Shown piece by piece: positions 53,773-64,000 of a DNA stretch of 64,000 bases; position 1 is the first letter of the stretch, and the number at the start of each line of letters is the position of its first letter. Source of the DNA: Malacoraja senta (lineage: Eukaryota); contig CM075998.1 of the NCBI GenBank assembly GCA_038087875.1, forward strand, positions 992,001 through 1,056,000. Direction: 5' to 3'. A program made the translations under genes and the position numbers. The notes under the pieces were generated by a model, which was not told where the DNA came from, made no database searches, and was given only the letters and a program-made list of their open reading frames with translations.

Positions 53773-54258
53773 AGTGGTGAAATGGATGAAGTCTGAGTTC
53801 TGCACCAATGCAGTTTTCACACTTCTGTACTTTTTGCCTGATGGTAGAGGAGAGGAGGAGGGAGTGGCCAGGGTGACTCATCCTTGATTATGCCGCTCGC
53901 CTTGACGAAGCAGCGTGATGTATAAATGGAGTCAATGGAAGGCAGGTTGGTTTGTGTGATGGTCTGGGCTGCGCCTACAATTCGCTGCAATTTCTTAATG
54001 CTTGCTGAACTTCTTTTTCTGGGGAGAGTTTAGTTTATTGTCATGTGGACTGAGGCGTATGTTCAGCATGGCCTGATTCTGTTCAGTTTAGCTTTATTAC
54101 CATATTCATCATGAGAACATACACGGCATGATTAGCAAGTTTGCAGATGGTACTAAAGTAATTGGTTTGTACAGTGTCAGGGGTTATGGGGAGAAGGCAG
54201 GAGAATGGGGTTATTAGGGAGAGATGGATCAGTCATGATTGAATTGCAGTGTCGACTT

Positions 54259-54727
54259 AGACAATAGGTGCAGGAGTAGGCCATTCGGCTCTTTGAGCCA
54301 GCACCGCCATTCAATGTGATCATGGCTGATCATCCACAATCAGTACCCCGTTCCTGCCTTCTCCCCTGACTCCGCTATCTTTAAGAGCCCTATCTAGCTC
54401 TCGAAAATATCCAGAGAACCGGCCTCCACAGACTCAACTCTCTGTGTGAAAACGTGTTTCCTCATCTCAGTTCTAAATGGCATACCCCTTATTCTTAAAC
54501 TGTGGACCCTGGTTCTGGACTCCCCCGACATAAGGAACATGAACATGTTTCCTGCAGCTAGTGCGTCCAAACCCTTAATAATCTTATATGTTTCAATAAG
54601 ATTGCCTCTCATCCTTCTAAACTCCAGAGTATACAAGCCCAGCCGCTCTATTCCCTCAGCATATGACAGTCCCGCCATCCCGGGAATTAACCTTGTGAGC
54701 CTACGCTGCGCTCCCTCAATAGCAAGA
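54259..54727 (-). mobile_element. CR1-clade LINE 3' fragment
   Basis: ILAIEGAQRRLTRLIPGMAGLSY...LEFRRMRGNLIETYKI. Confidence 0.85.
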
Positions 54728-54979
54728 ATGACCCACGCGGTCACAGGAAGAACATGCAAACTCCGTACAGGCAACACCCGTGGGTCTCTGGCGCTATAAG
54801 ATAAAAACTCTACCGCGGCGCAACTGTGCTGCCCCGGTACTGTTCGCAACTATGCTTAAACCACGCACCCTTGCCACTCGTGGCCCTTGGGGTGATATTT
54901 TACCTTCCCTTGTTTGAGTGGTTCTCTCTCTCCCCCCTCCCCAATATGTTCCAATGACGCTAGTCTGTGGTCCTCCCCC

Positions 54980-55450
54980 ACAGGACCTTGGCGTTGGCCA
55001 CAGCATAGCTGGAGGACTTTGCATGTGCAGGGGCTGAAGAGTGAGGACGTAACTCCAGGCTGTCCGCGGGAAGTGCGGTGTTTCGGCCGCTGGTGAGTCG
55101 CGGGTCACGTGACTCTTGATTGTGAGATCAGAGCGCCCCATCTGCAGGCCTATCACTGGCTGCCTACCTACTTGACCGCGCAACACAGGCAGCGAATCAG
55201 CGGTGTGGACGGTTATGGGTGCAGAAGCGCCAACCGTTTGACTGCGCTCGAGAGGGAGACTTGCCGCGGAAAAACCGACGGTAAAATGCCTTGAGGGAGA
55301 CTTGGTCGCATTTGTTCAAAGATGTAGGAGTCTGAGAGAAGAGTTGAGATAATTTCTTACTAAGGCAGTTAAGTTTAACGCCACGAATATACAATTCCAC
55401 GGCGACCATCCAGAGGTCCCACCGAACGGGCGTGCCTCATATACGAGCCT
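54980..55450 (+). promoter_or_regulatory. CpG-rich promoter-like region with a candidate first-exon donor
   Basis: CpG-rich, ETS-like GGGAAGTG at ~55068, G|GTGAGT at 55092/55093, and GTCACGTGAC at 55104-55113. Confidence 0.5.
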
Positions 55451-55459
55451 TAGTGATGA

Positions 55460-55882
55460 AGAGAAATAAGGAACTGCAGATACTGGTTTACAAACAAAAA
55501 GACACAAAGTTCTGGAGTAACTCAGCGGGTTAGACAGGGTCTCTAGAGTCGTTTCGCTCGGGACCCAATTGTGAGAGATGGGGGGGGGGAGGCGGGGAAG
55601 AAAACTGGAAAAGGGGATGGAGGCAGGACAAAGCATGGCGAGTGGTGGATGAAGGTGAGGGGATAGGCAGATAGTTGGACAAAGGCCAGAGATGAAAATA
55701 CAAACAGGTGTGAGATAAGGTTTGATACAGAGTGCTGGAGTAACTCAGCAGGTCAAGCAGCATCTCGATTCTCTGGAGAACATGGATAAGTCAGAAGAAG
55801 GGCACTGACCCACAACGTCACCTATCCATGTTCTCCAGAGATACTACTTGACCCACTGAGTTACTCCAGCACTTTGTGTCTT
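55460..55882. mobile_element. Penelope-derived inverted-pLTR insertion with 12-bp TSD
   Basis: CCTTAGTGATGA at 55448-55459 and 55883-55894; internal inverted arms ~55730-55788 and ~55820-55875. Confidence 0.75.
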
Positions 55883-55977
55883 CCTTAGTGATGAGTGTTG
55901 GAAGGATTTGGGCTGAAGAAGGCATCGTAGTTGAGCCCACTGCACAAGCTTACCCGGTCAGTTGGCTGTGTGACTCA

Positions 55978-57035
55978 CATACATAGATACATAGAAAATA
56001 GGTGCTGGAGTAGGCCATTCGGCCCTTCGAGCCTGCACCGCCATTCAATATGATCATGGCTGATCATCCAACTCAGTATCCCATCCTTGCCTTCTCTCCA
56101 TACCCCCTGATCCCTTTAGCCACAAGGGCCACATCTAACTCCCTCTTAAATATAGCCAATGAACTGGCCTCAACTACCCTCTGTGGCAGAGAGTTCCAGA
56201 GATTCACCACTCTCTGTGTGAAAAAGTTTTTTCTCATCTCGGTCTTAAAGGATTTCCCCCTTATCCTTAAGCTGTGACCCCTTGTCCTGGACTTCCCCAA
56301 CATCGGGAACAATCTTCCTGCATCTAGCCTGTCCAACCCCATAAGAATTTTGTACGTTTCTATAAGATCCCCTCTCAATCTCCTAAATTCTAGCGAGTAT
56401 AAGCCAAGTCTATCCAGTCTTTCTTCATATGAAAGTCCTGACATCCCAGGAATCAGTCTGGTGAACCTTCTCTGCACTCCCTCTATGGCTATAATGTCCT
56501 TCCTCAGATTTGGAGACCAAAACTGTACGCAATACTCCAGGTGTGGTCTCACCAAGACCCTGTACAACTGCAGTAGAACCTCCCTGCTCATGTACTCAAA
56601 TCCTTTTGCTATGAAAGCTAACATACCATTCGCTTTCTTCACTGCCTGCTGCACCTGCATGCCTACTTTCAATGACTGGTGTACCATGACACCCAGGTCT
56701 CGCTGCATCTCCCCTTTTCCTAATCGGCCACCATTTAGATAATAGTCTGCTTTCCTGTTTTTGCCACCAAAGTGGATAACCTCACATTTATCCACATTAT
56801 ACTGCATCTGCCAAACATTTGCCCACTCACCCAGCCTATCCAAGTCACCTTGCAGTCTCCTAGCATCCTCCTCACAGCTAACACTACCCCCCAGCTTAGT
56901 GTCATCCGCAAACTTGGAGATGTTGCCTTCAATTCCCTCATCCAGATCATTAATATAAATTGTAAATAGCTGGGGTCCCAGCACTGAGCCTTGCGGTACC
57001 CCACTAGTCACTGCCTGCCATTGTGAAAAGGACAT
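55978..57035 (-). mobile_element. Young 5'-truncated CR1 (HER1-like) LINE with uninterrupted 320-aa RT C-terminus
   Basis: SGVPQGSVLGP...FADDTKL...RPHLEYCVQFWSP...; intact 3' UTR and short CTATG-type tail. Confidence 0.95.
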
Positions 57036-57227
57036 TGTTCACTTCTGTCAGGAGTACACAAAGTGATCAACCGAGAGGTGGATTCCTGAGATTAGGTGGT
57101 TTGAGAGGGAGTTTTGGAGTCCTGTCAGTTTTGAGCAGTTGAGAATCTGGCTGATGTACAAAGAGAAAAAGGGCCTACTCCAGAACCTGCACTTGAGTGG
57201 TCCCAAGGTGCGTCAGTGAGATAATCG

Positions 57228-57447
57228 GTAGACAAAAATGCGGGAGAAACTCAGCGGGTGAGGCAGCATCTATGGAGCGAAGGAATAGGTTACGTTTCGG
57301 GTCAAGACCTTTCAGACTGATGTGGGGCGGGAAGAAGAAAGGAAGAGGCGGAGACTGGGCTTTGGGAGAGCTGGGAAGGAGGGAGAAAGCAAGGACTACC
57401 TGAAATTGGAGAAGTCAATGTTCATACCGCTGGGGTGTAAACTACCA
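57228..57447 (-). mobile_element. Penelope pLTR fragment
   Basis: Same family as 52661-52900. Confidence 0.75.
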
Positions 57448-57549
57448 GTGAGGTCATAGATCCAGATCGTGCAAGATTTGAACCATACCCTTCTAGCTGG
57501 AAAAAATTGTGTAGGCTCTGCAAGGCTCATGGAGCTGTTGGCCAACGAC

Positions 57550-57613
57550 AGCTCCACCATCATAGATCCAGAGGCTAGATAAGCTCCACCATCATAGATC
57601 CAGAGGCTAGATA
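57550..57613. repeat. Perfect 32-bp tandem duplication
   Basis: AGCTCCACCATCATAGATCCAGAGGCTAGATA x2. Confidence 0.95.
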
Positions 57614-60600
57614 ACTCAGTCTGCTTTTACAGGGCTCTGTTGTCTTAAGATCTGTCCAGAGAGGATGCTTGCAGAATGATGTTGGAGGTGGGTGGTCCTG
57701 GACACTGGGCCCAATAACCTGCTGCATTAAAAGAGAGCTGTTCTTGGGGGAACACTGCAGATCAGGCAGCATCTGTGAAGGAAAAGTGACAGGCGATGTT
57801 GCAGGATGGAACCCTTCATCCAGACCAAGTTGACTGTCCGTTTTCTCCACAAATGCTGCCTGATCTGCTGAGTTTCTCCAGCACTACATTTTGCTCCGGA
57901 TTCCAGCATCTGCAGTCTCTTGTGCCTCCTGCATTGTTAATTTTCTATTTAATAACATGGTGGTCGGATCACCCTCTGTCAATAAACCAGTACCCTATTA
58001 CCTGTTTTAGTGGAGCAATGCCTAGCCCGAAGGAACAGCTATATGCAAAATTGAGGGGAAAAGACAAATTATAAAATTCCTCCCTCCTCTCTATGCATCT
58101 TTAGCGAATGACCCATCGCCACGAGAGAACACATTTAAAAAATATATATATTTAGCAGAATAAGCTGAGGTATCTTAAATGGGGCATTTAGTTCATCCGC
58201 AAATTTCTGAACTGCTGGAGATTTAATTTTGTCTGTGCTACTTTTATTTAATCGGTGAATACACTTGCATTAGATTCACGCCTAGACTATTTTAATACAG
58301 TCAATAACCTAAGCCCCTGGCCTTTTCTGACAGAAGAGTGAAACTCTGAAATTCTACCGCTTGTCCCTCGTGTGAATGACAGTGGCATTGAAGAGACATT
58401 TGCAGAAGCATACAGATGCAGGGAAAGGAGGGATTTGGATTATGTGCAGGTAGGTAAGAGTTGACTTGGCGTCATGTTCAGCACAAACATTGTGGGCCGA
58501 AGGGTCTGTTCTTATGCTGTACTGTTCCATGTAAAAGTCAGCTCTTTCCGGAGAGATGGCATGAAACTAATCAACAGTAAGTCCGGGATAAAGTGACCAT
58601 GTTTTAAATGTTGCAGGGGTGTTGCAGAATAAACTGGCACAAAGGGGTTTGAGTGCTGACAGGGCAGGTGGCAGTGGAGAGAGAGCAGGCTCTACTGGAG
58701 TTTGAACAGGTTGCAGTTATGTATAGTATTATCTGATCTGATTGGATAGCATGCAAAACAAAGCTTTTCACTGTACCTCGGTACACATGACAATAATAGA
58801 CCTAAACAAGTCAACTCTTACCTACCTTCAGGATCGAGGATTCGCTCCAATTCTTGTCCTTGATTGTATTCACATACAGTATATTATGATTTGACTGGAT
58901 AGCACGCAAACAGGGCTTTTCACTGTATCATGATACATGTAACAATAATAAACCAATACCAATGTTAATTTAGGAAGATTCTTGGAACGGGATAAAGTTG
59001 GGTCAATGAAAAGAGAGAAAAGTATTCCTGTATTATAACCAGTTCACACTAATTTGTAGCCAGGAAATTGTACTATTGAGTTGCTGCTCAATAAATGTTT
59101 TTGTCTTTGTCTAGACCATATTTTAAATAGCGCACAGTGCAGTCTGGATAATTTGCTAATTTATGAGGAGGTGACACATCCTACATTATGCTGCAACCAG
59201 GATCCAGTCAGTGCTATGCACTTAGTCTCTTCAATTTGTGAAATGATAATAAAAACAGAAAATGTCTGAAACCGAACATATTTTAGGGTTGCAGAGAGGG
59301 CCAAAGGTGGAGAGAAGAGAATTTCTGTGAGAGGGCAGGGCCCAGAGGAGACAGAATGACTCGAGTTGTGTTGGTGCTGGGCGGCAGAAGATGGACAAGG
59401 CTCCGTTAATCACCACTCATCGTTCAAGACGAGGTGTAAATAGAAGAGTGAGAATAGAGGAGAGAAAAAACAAAGAACGCTGTCTGAGATGTAAAACACT
59501 ACAGTTGCTGGAAGTCTGAAATAAAAGAGACTGCCAGAAATGGCCAACAAGTCAGGCAGCATCTGTGGAGAGTTAAAAACAGAGTTAATGTTGCAGTTGG
59601 TGACCTTCTGTCAGAACTGACCATCTGGCCCCTTAACAGTGTTGAGTCTTGAGGGTTGCAAATGTGCCTGGATTGAAGATGGTGTTCTTCAAGCTTCTTT
59701 CTTCAGATGTTTGTTAGTTTAGAGATGCAGCACTGAGGCCACTCTAATCATTGATCACTGGTTGACACTACGCTGTCACAGGGAGAACATGCAAACTCCA
59801 CGCAGACAGCACTCGAGGTCACGATCGAACCAGGGTCTCTGGCGCTGTGAGGCAGCAGCTCTACCAGCTGCGCCACTGTGCTGCCCTGTCTTGCAGCAAA
59901 CTATTTACGCAAGGTTTTAAGTTACGGTTTATAGGAAGTGTGGTCCTGCTAGTGTAAACTGTTTTGTTACTCTGAGCATGGACAAGTACTATGATTAAGC
60001 TTGGATTGTAACAGTGAGTTATAATAAGTGTGAGTGTAACATTACCAAAGGACAGCCTGTTGATCTGAATCCAGAAGAAAAATAAGGAGGAAACTGCAAC
60101 TCACACAAAATCTAACCGACACATCAAGAGCTACAGTATGGAATGCAATGGCAGTGGTTTTTCTTTTATGGGGGAGGTAAGAACAGTGTGTAGCCCTGAA
60201 GTAACTCTGGAGCCTGGCAGCTTTCCTTAAGATATCACTGTTGCAGTTAAGTCATGTCATTGCTAATCTTGCCAAGCAACAGAGCCGTTGGTAACAACAT
60301 TACTGCTGCATAGACCTGAGAATTCGCTTGTTTGCAGCCTGCTATATCCAGCTGTGGATTTTATTTAATGAGAAAAGCTGCTGGTTAAGTAATACTTTGA
60401 TCTCCAAACCCTTGCCTGTTTTCAAAAACCCCTCCGTGAACCTTTCTCCAATCCTATAACCCAATAGGATCTCTTAATTCCTCCAAATGTGGACTCTGGC
60501 CCTGGCTTCCATCTCTCCACTACTGCCAAGCCCTAAACTCTGGAAGTTGCCTTGCCCAGATTTTCTGACTCGTTACCACTGTTTCCTCCTGTAAAATTCT

Positions 60601-60629
60601 TTGCAAAAGTTGCTGGTGTTAGTTACCAC

Positions 60630-61310
60630 ATGGAGCAGTGGGTTGCATTCTTGCTTCTATACTTAAGTTCAAGGGTTTGGAGATCTTGGTTCAAACGTCA
60701 CTGGAGGGCCAAATCTTAGGTTGGTGATCCTGAACAGTTTGAAGGAGTGCTGCAGTGGCAGAGGTGCTGTCTTTTAAATGAGATGCTGAACTGTATCTGC
60801 TCTTTCAGGTGGAAATGAAATATCCCATGGCACTGTTGTGAAGAAGATCAGATCACCTTGCTGTCCAGTCCAATATTTACCTTTTATTAACATCTTTAAA
60901 ACATTATTTTGTCATTTTTAGTTTAGTTTAGCTTCGAGATACAGCAGGGAAACAGCCCCTATGGCCCAGCGAGTCGACGCCAATCATCGATCACCCATTC
61001 ACACTAGTTCTCTTATCCCACTTTCCCATCCACTCCCTACACACTAGGAGCAATTTACAGAGGCCAAATAACCTACAAACCCACACGTCCTTAGGATGTG
61101 GGAGGAAACCAGAGCAACCGGAGAAAACCCACATGGTCACAGGGAAAACGTGCAAACTCCACACAAACAGCACCCGAGGTTAGGATCTAATCTGGGTCTT
61201 TGGTGCTGTGAGGCTGTGGATCTACCAGCTGGCAGCCATGTTTTCTTCATTATAACAGTGATTACCTGAGAAGAAATACATTGTTGGTGCGAATGTACTT
61301 TTGGGACAGG
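60630..61310 (+). mobile_element. Deu-domain SINE (SacSINE1/AmnSINE1-like), interrupted by a V-SINE at ~60918-61232
   Basis: gaggtgctgtctttt...gagatg...tcaggtgga...atcccatggcact...gaagaaga...ccaatattta resembles the Deu-domain consensus as I recall it. Confidence 0.65.
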
Positions 61311-61319
61311 TGCAGTAGA

Positions 61320-62075
61320 AATTAGATTAGATTAGATTTTATTACTTGTCATTTGAACCTCAGAGATGCTCAAACAAAACTCCGTTTCCACAGTCATACA
61401 AACAAAACAATTCCTACAAGACACACAACCAATTCAATTTACAGAAAAACATCCATCACAGTGAATCTCCTCCTCACTGTGATGGAAGGCAAAGTCTTTT
61501 CTCTCCCCTGCACCATTTCTCTCCTGATGTTGAAGCCCCAGGCGGGCGATGGTGAGTCCCACGGCCGTTGAGGCAGCGCCGGGCGATGTACGGCCCCGCT
61601 CCAGTCCAAAGGTCACAAGGTTGGAGCCCCCGGCGGGCGCTGGAATGTCCCGTGGCCATTAAAGCTGCGCCGGGTGATGTACGGCCCCGCTCCGGGTTGT
61701 TCCAACGAGCTGGAGAAGTTGCGTTGCGGGAGCTCCGGAAAGCGGTCTCCCCCTCCGGACCCGCGAGCTCCCGATGTCCCAGTCCACCGGTTTGCAGCTG
61801 GAGCCTCCGAGCTCCGGAGTGAGCAGCAAGCCACCCCCGCTCCCCATGCTCCGAGGCCGGCCAGCCCCACGATGGTGAGTCCGCAGGCTCCGCGACTGGA
61901 GCCCCCAGGTCGTTCCGGTTTGAGGCCGCTCCACGGAGCAAGGCCCCAACGACAACGGAGACCCGACAGGGAAGAGATTTTAAAAGTTTCCCCCTCCCCC
62001 GCCCCCCACATATACACAATTAAAACAGTACAAAAAACCCCACAAACAACTACATTTATTAGACAAAAATAATGC
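61320..62075 (-). mobile_element. GC-rich non-autonomous retro-element with (CTAAT)n tail and internal ~70-bp repeats
   Basis: attagattagattag tail, and a duplicated gcgccggg(c/t)gatgtacggccccgctcc block at ~61576 and ~61666. Confidence 0.5.
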
Positions 62076-64000
62076 AAATTTTTCCTCTGACCAAACCTTT
62101 AAACATTTCCCTGGTAACTGACAGCTGCAGTCTGGTACTAAAAGCTGATCAACAGCTTTGCTCAGCTCTTCCAGTCCAACCTGTCATGCCATGCAAGAAA
62201 CCTGGTCCCATTGCATTGTTGATTCACTTGACTTAACTGATTACCAAGATCCAGAGACTGTTGAATACGTCAACAACAATGACAAATCGTACACGGTGGT
62301 ATTAATGAAATCTTATCCCAGAGCCATATGTTATCCAGCCCTGGACTAAAAAGGCAAGAATCGCGATCTATCTAATTCACATAACTCCTGTGAAAACGTA
62401 TGTGTTTCATGGATAAACCAAGAGGACTCTGAAAAAGGATTTAAAAAAAATAGAAACAAAGAACTGGTGTGCTAAAAAAAAGACACAAAGTGCTGCTGGA
62501 CTAACTCTGTGGGTCAGGCAGCATCTCTAACACTTCTTCAGTCAGAATTTCAAGTCGTAGAACAGCTTCATCATGTGGCTCTGCCAAATCAGTCTGAAGG
62601 GTCCCAAGCTGAAATGTCACCGATCCGTCTTCTCCAGGGATGCTGCCTGACCCGTTGAATTAATCCAGCACTTTGTGTCTAAATATTTTTAAATTCTGTT
62701 TCTATCAGATGATGAAACAGCCTTCTTTCTACACCGGAACACATAGGAATTCTACAAATCGCTCTTTAAATTGTGTTTTGATCTAAAATGACCATTGAAT
62801 AGAATCCTTGTGTAAATTATGATGAGGTGGCTGAAACAATCTAATCCAATCTCTTTGGCTGTGGAAACTTTCTGACAATTGATGGTCCCATGAGTAATAG
62901 ATAAAAGAGCATTGTTCCAGTAATTTTTATCTAAGAAGATAAGCAGGGGTTGAATTTTTCAGTGTTTTATTTTTCATTATTTTGGGGGCATTTCTTTTCA
63001 TGCCTATGATGCTTCATCCTTCAATCTCTATAAGTGTCACTAAATTGAAACAGCAACAAGTTCTTGGCTGTTTCAATTTAGATATGTTTGTGCTCAGATT
63101 TGGCAGGCTACATGGTGAAGCTGTTCTACAGTATGACATGAATTCTGGTTTCAGAGCCATATGTGTGTGGGGGGCACTGAGCACTCGAGGACGCAGAGAT
63201 AAAGCCAGCCCTTTACTCTGCTTTTCTTAAGGAATTTGTCATGCCAAATGGTGCTATGTGATGCTGGTGCTTTATTCAAACATAAACAGGAGTTAAAGGA
63301 AGACTATATTGCACTTTGAAAGTTTGTAGAGAGTGGGTTACAACCACAATCAAATCAAATTGCATGTGTGTTCAGCAACTCGCCTCAAATGGGGGCTGAG
63401 TATGTCTGTGATTGTAGATTTCAGGTTGTAATTTAATGAATCGTAAAAATAAATAAAACTAATAAGAAATAGGCTTAATTATAAACAAAATTAAACAATA
63501 AAGAGCACCTAAAGGAAATCGAAGTCAAAGTAATGGTTTCAAAAAGTGAAGGATTTGGCAAGGATGATTCCACAATTGGTGTTCCCAACTATGTGACGTG
63601 TATCCCCAGCAGCCGCAGCACATCTGAGCGGTACATCGGAAAAATTGTGAGGGTGCGAGGTTGACTTATTTCAGATGTGTGCACACGGAAAAATAGTTTG
63701 GATATGACTTCAACAGCAGACGACCTGTCTCCTCACCAACAAAGTTCTCTCTTGGCTTGAATACAAAAGAATGTGAAGTATACCAGAAACAAATTAATCT
63801 CTATATGGGGCTCTTTGACCTGTTACATAATACAATTCTTAAAAATAGACTTTGACCACCATTTCAGAAATTAAAATATGAGATTTGAAACTACTGTAGT
63901 GGCCATTTGGCTTGTTTTGTGTGTCATTAATTATGGTATGTGTTTTTAAATTTTAGACTGCCATTATATTGTGGGTGGGATTTATGATGTATTTTAGGGC

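Noticed and set aside
61474-62077. Overlapping 130-180 aa ORFs
   Set aside because: GC-rich repeat element, open in several frames on both strands.

Overview
Vertebrate genomic DNA, most likely from an elasmobranch (skate/ray/shark), inferred from its HE1/V-SINE-like, CR1/HER1-like, Rex1/Babar and Penelope repeat content. Two + strand genes lie in tandem, as in human 12q13. (1) NACA: its first coding exon lies upstream of the window. The window holds a candidate 162-nt cassette exon, a ~3-kb muscle-type skNAC-like exon whose first ~1 kb carries about five frameshifts, and six conserved exons ending at 17867. (2) PTGES3/p23: complete, 8 exons, 163 aa, with a split AT|G start codon and a CpG-island promoter at ~34.1 kb. 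A second CpG-rich promoter-like region at ~55.1 kb has no identifiable gene. The remainder is a dense, nested transposon landscape: Tc1 IR/DR element, Harbinger-type MITE, hAT end, CR1, L2, Rex/Babar, V-SINE, Deu-SINE and Penelope. Most notable: (a) a family of Penelope-derived ~90-100-nt mini-insertions with target-site duplications that begin at a minimal hammerhead-ribozyme-like core; (b) splice sites that could remove the frameshifted part of the skNAC exon in frame; (c) several candidate microexons; (d) two long hairpins in NACA introns. Assembly gaps are at 5005-5182 and 49808-50007. Coordinates were counted by eye and transposon boundaries are approximate.
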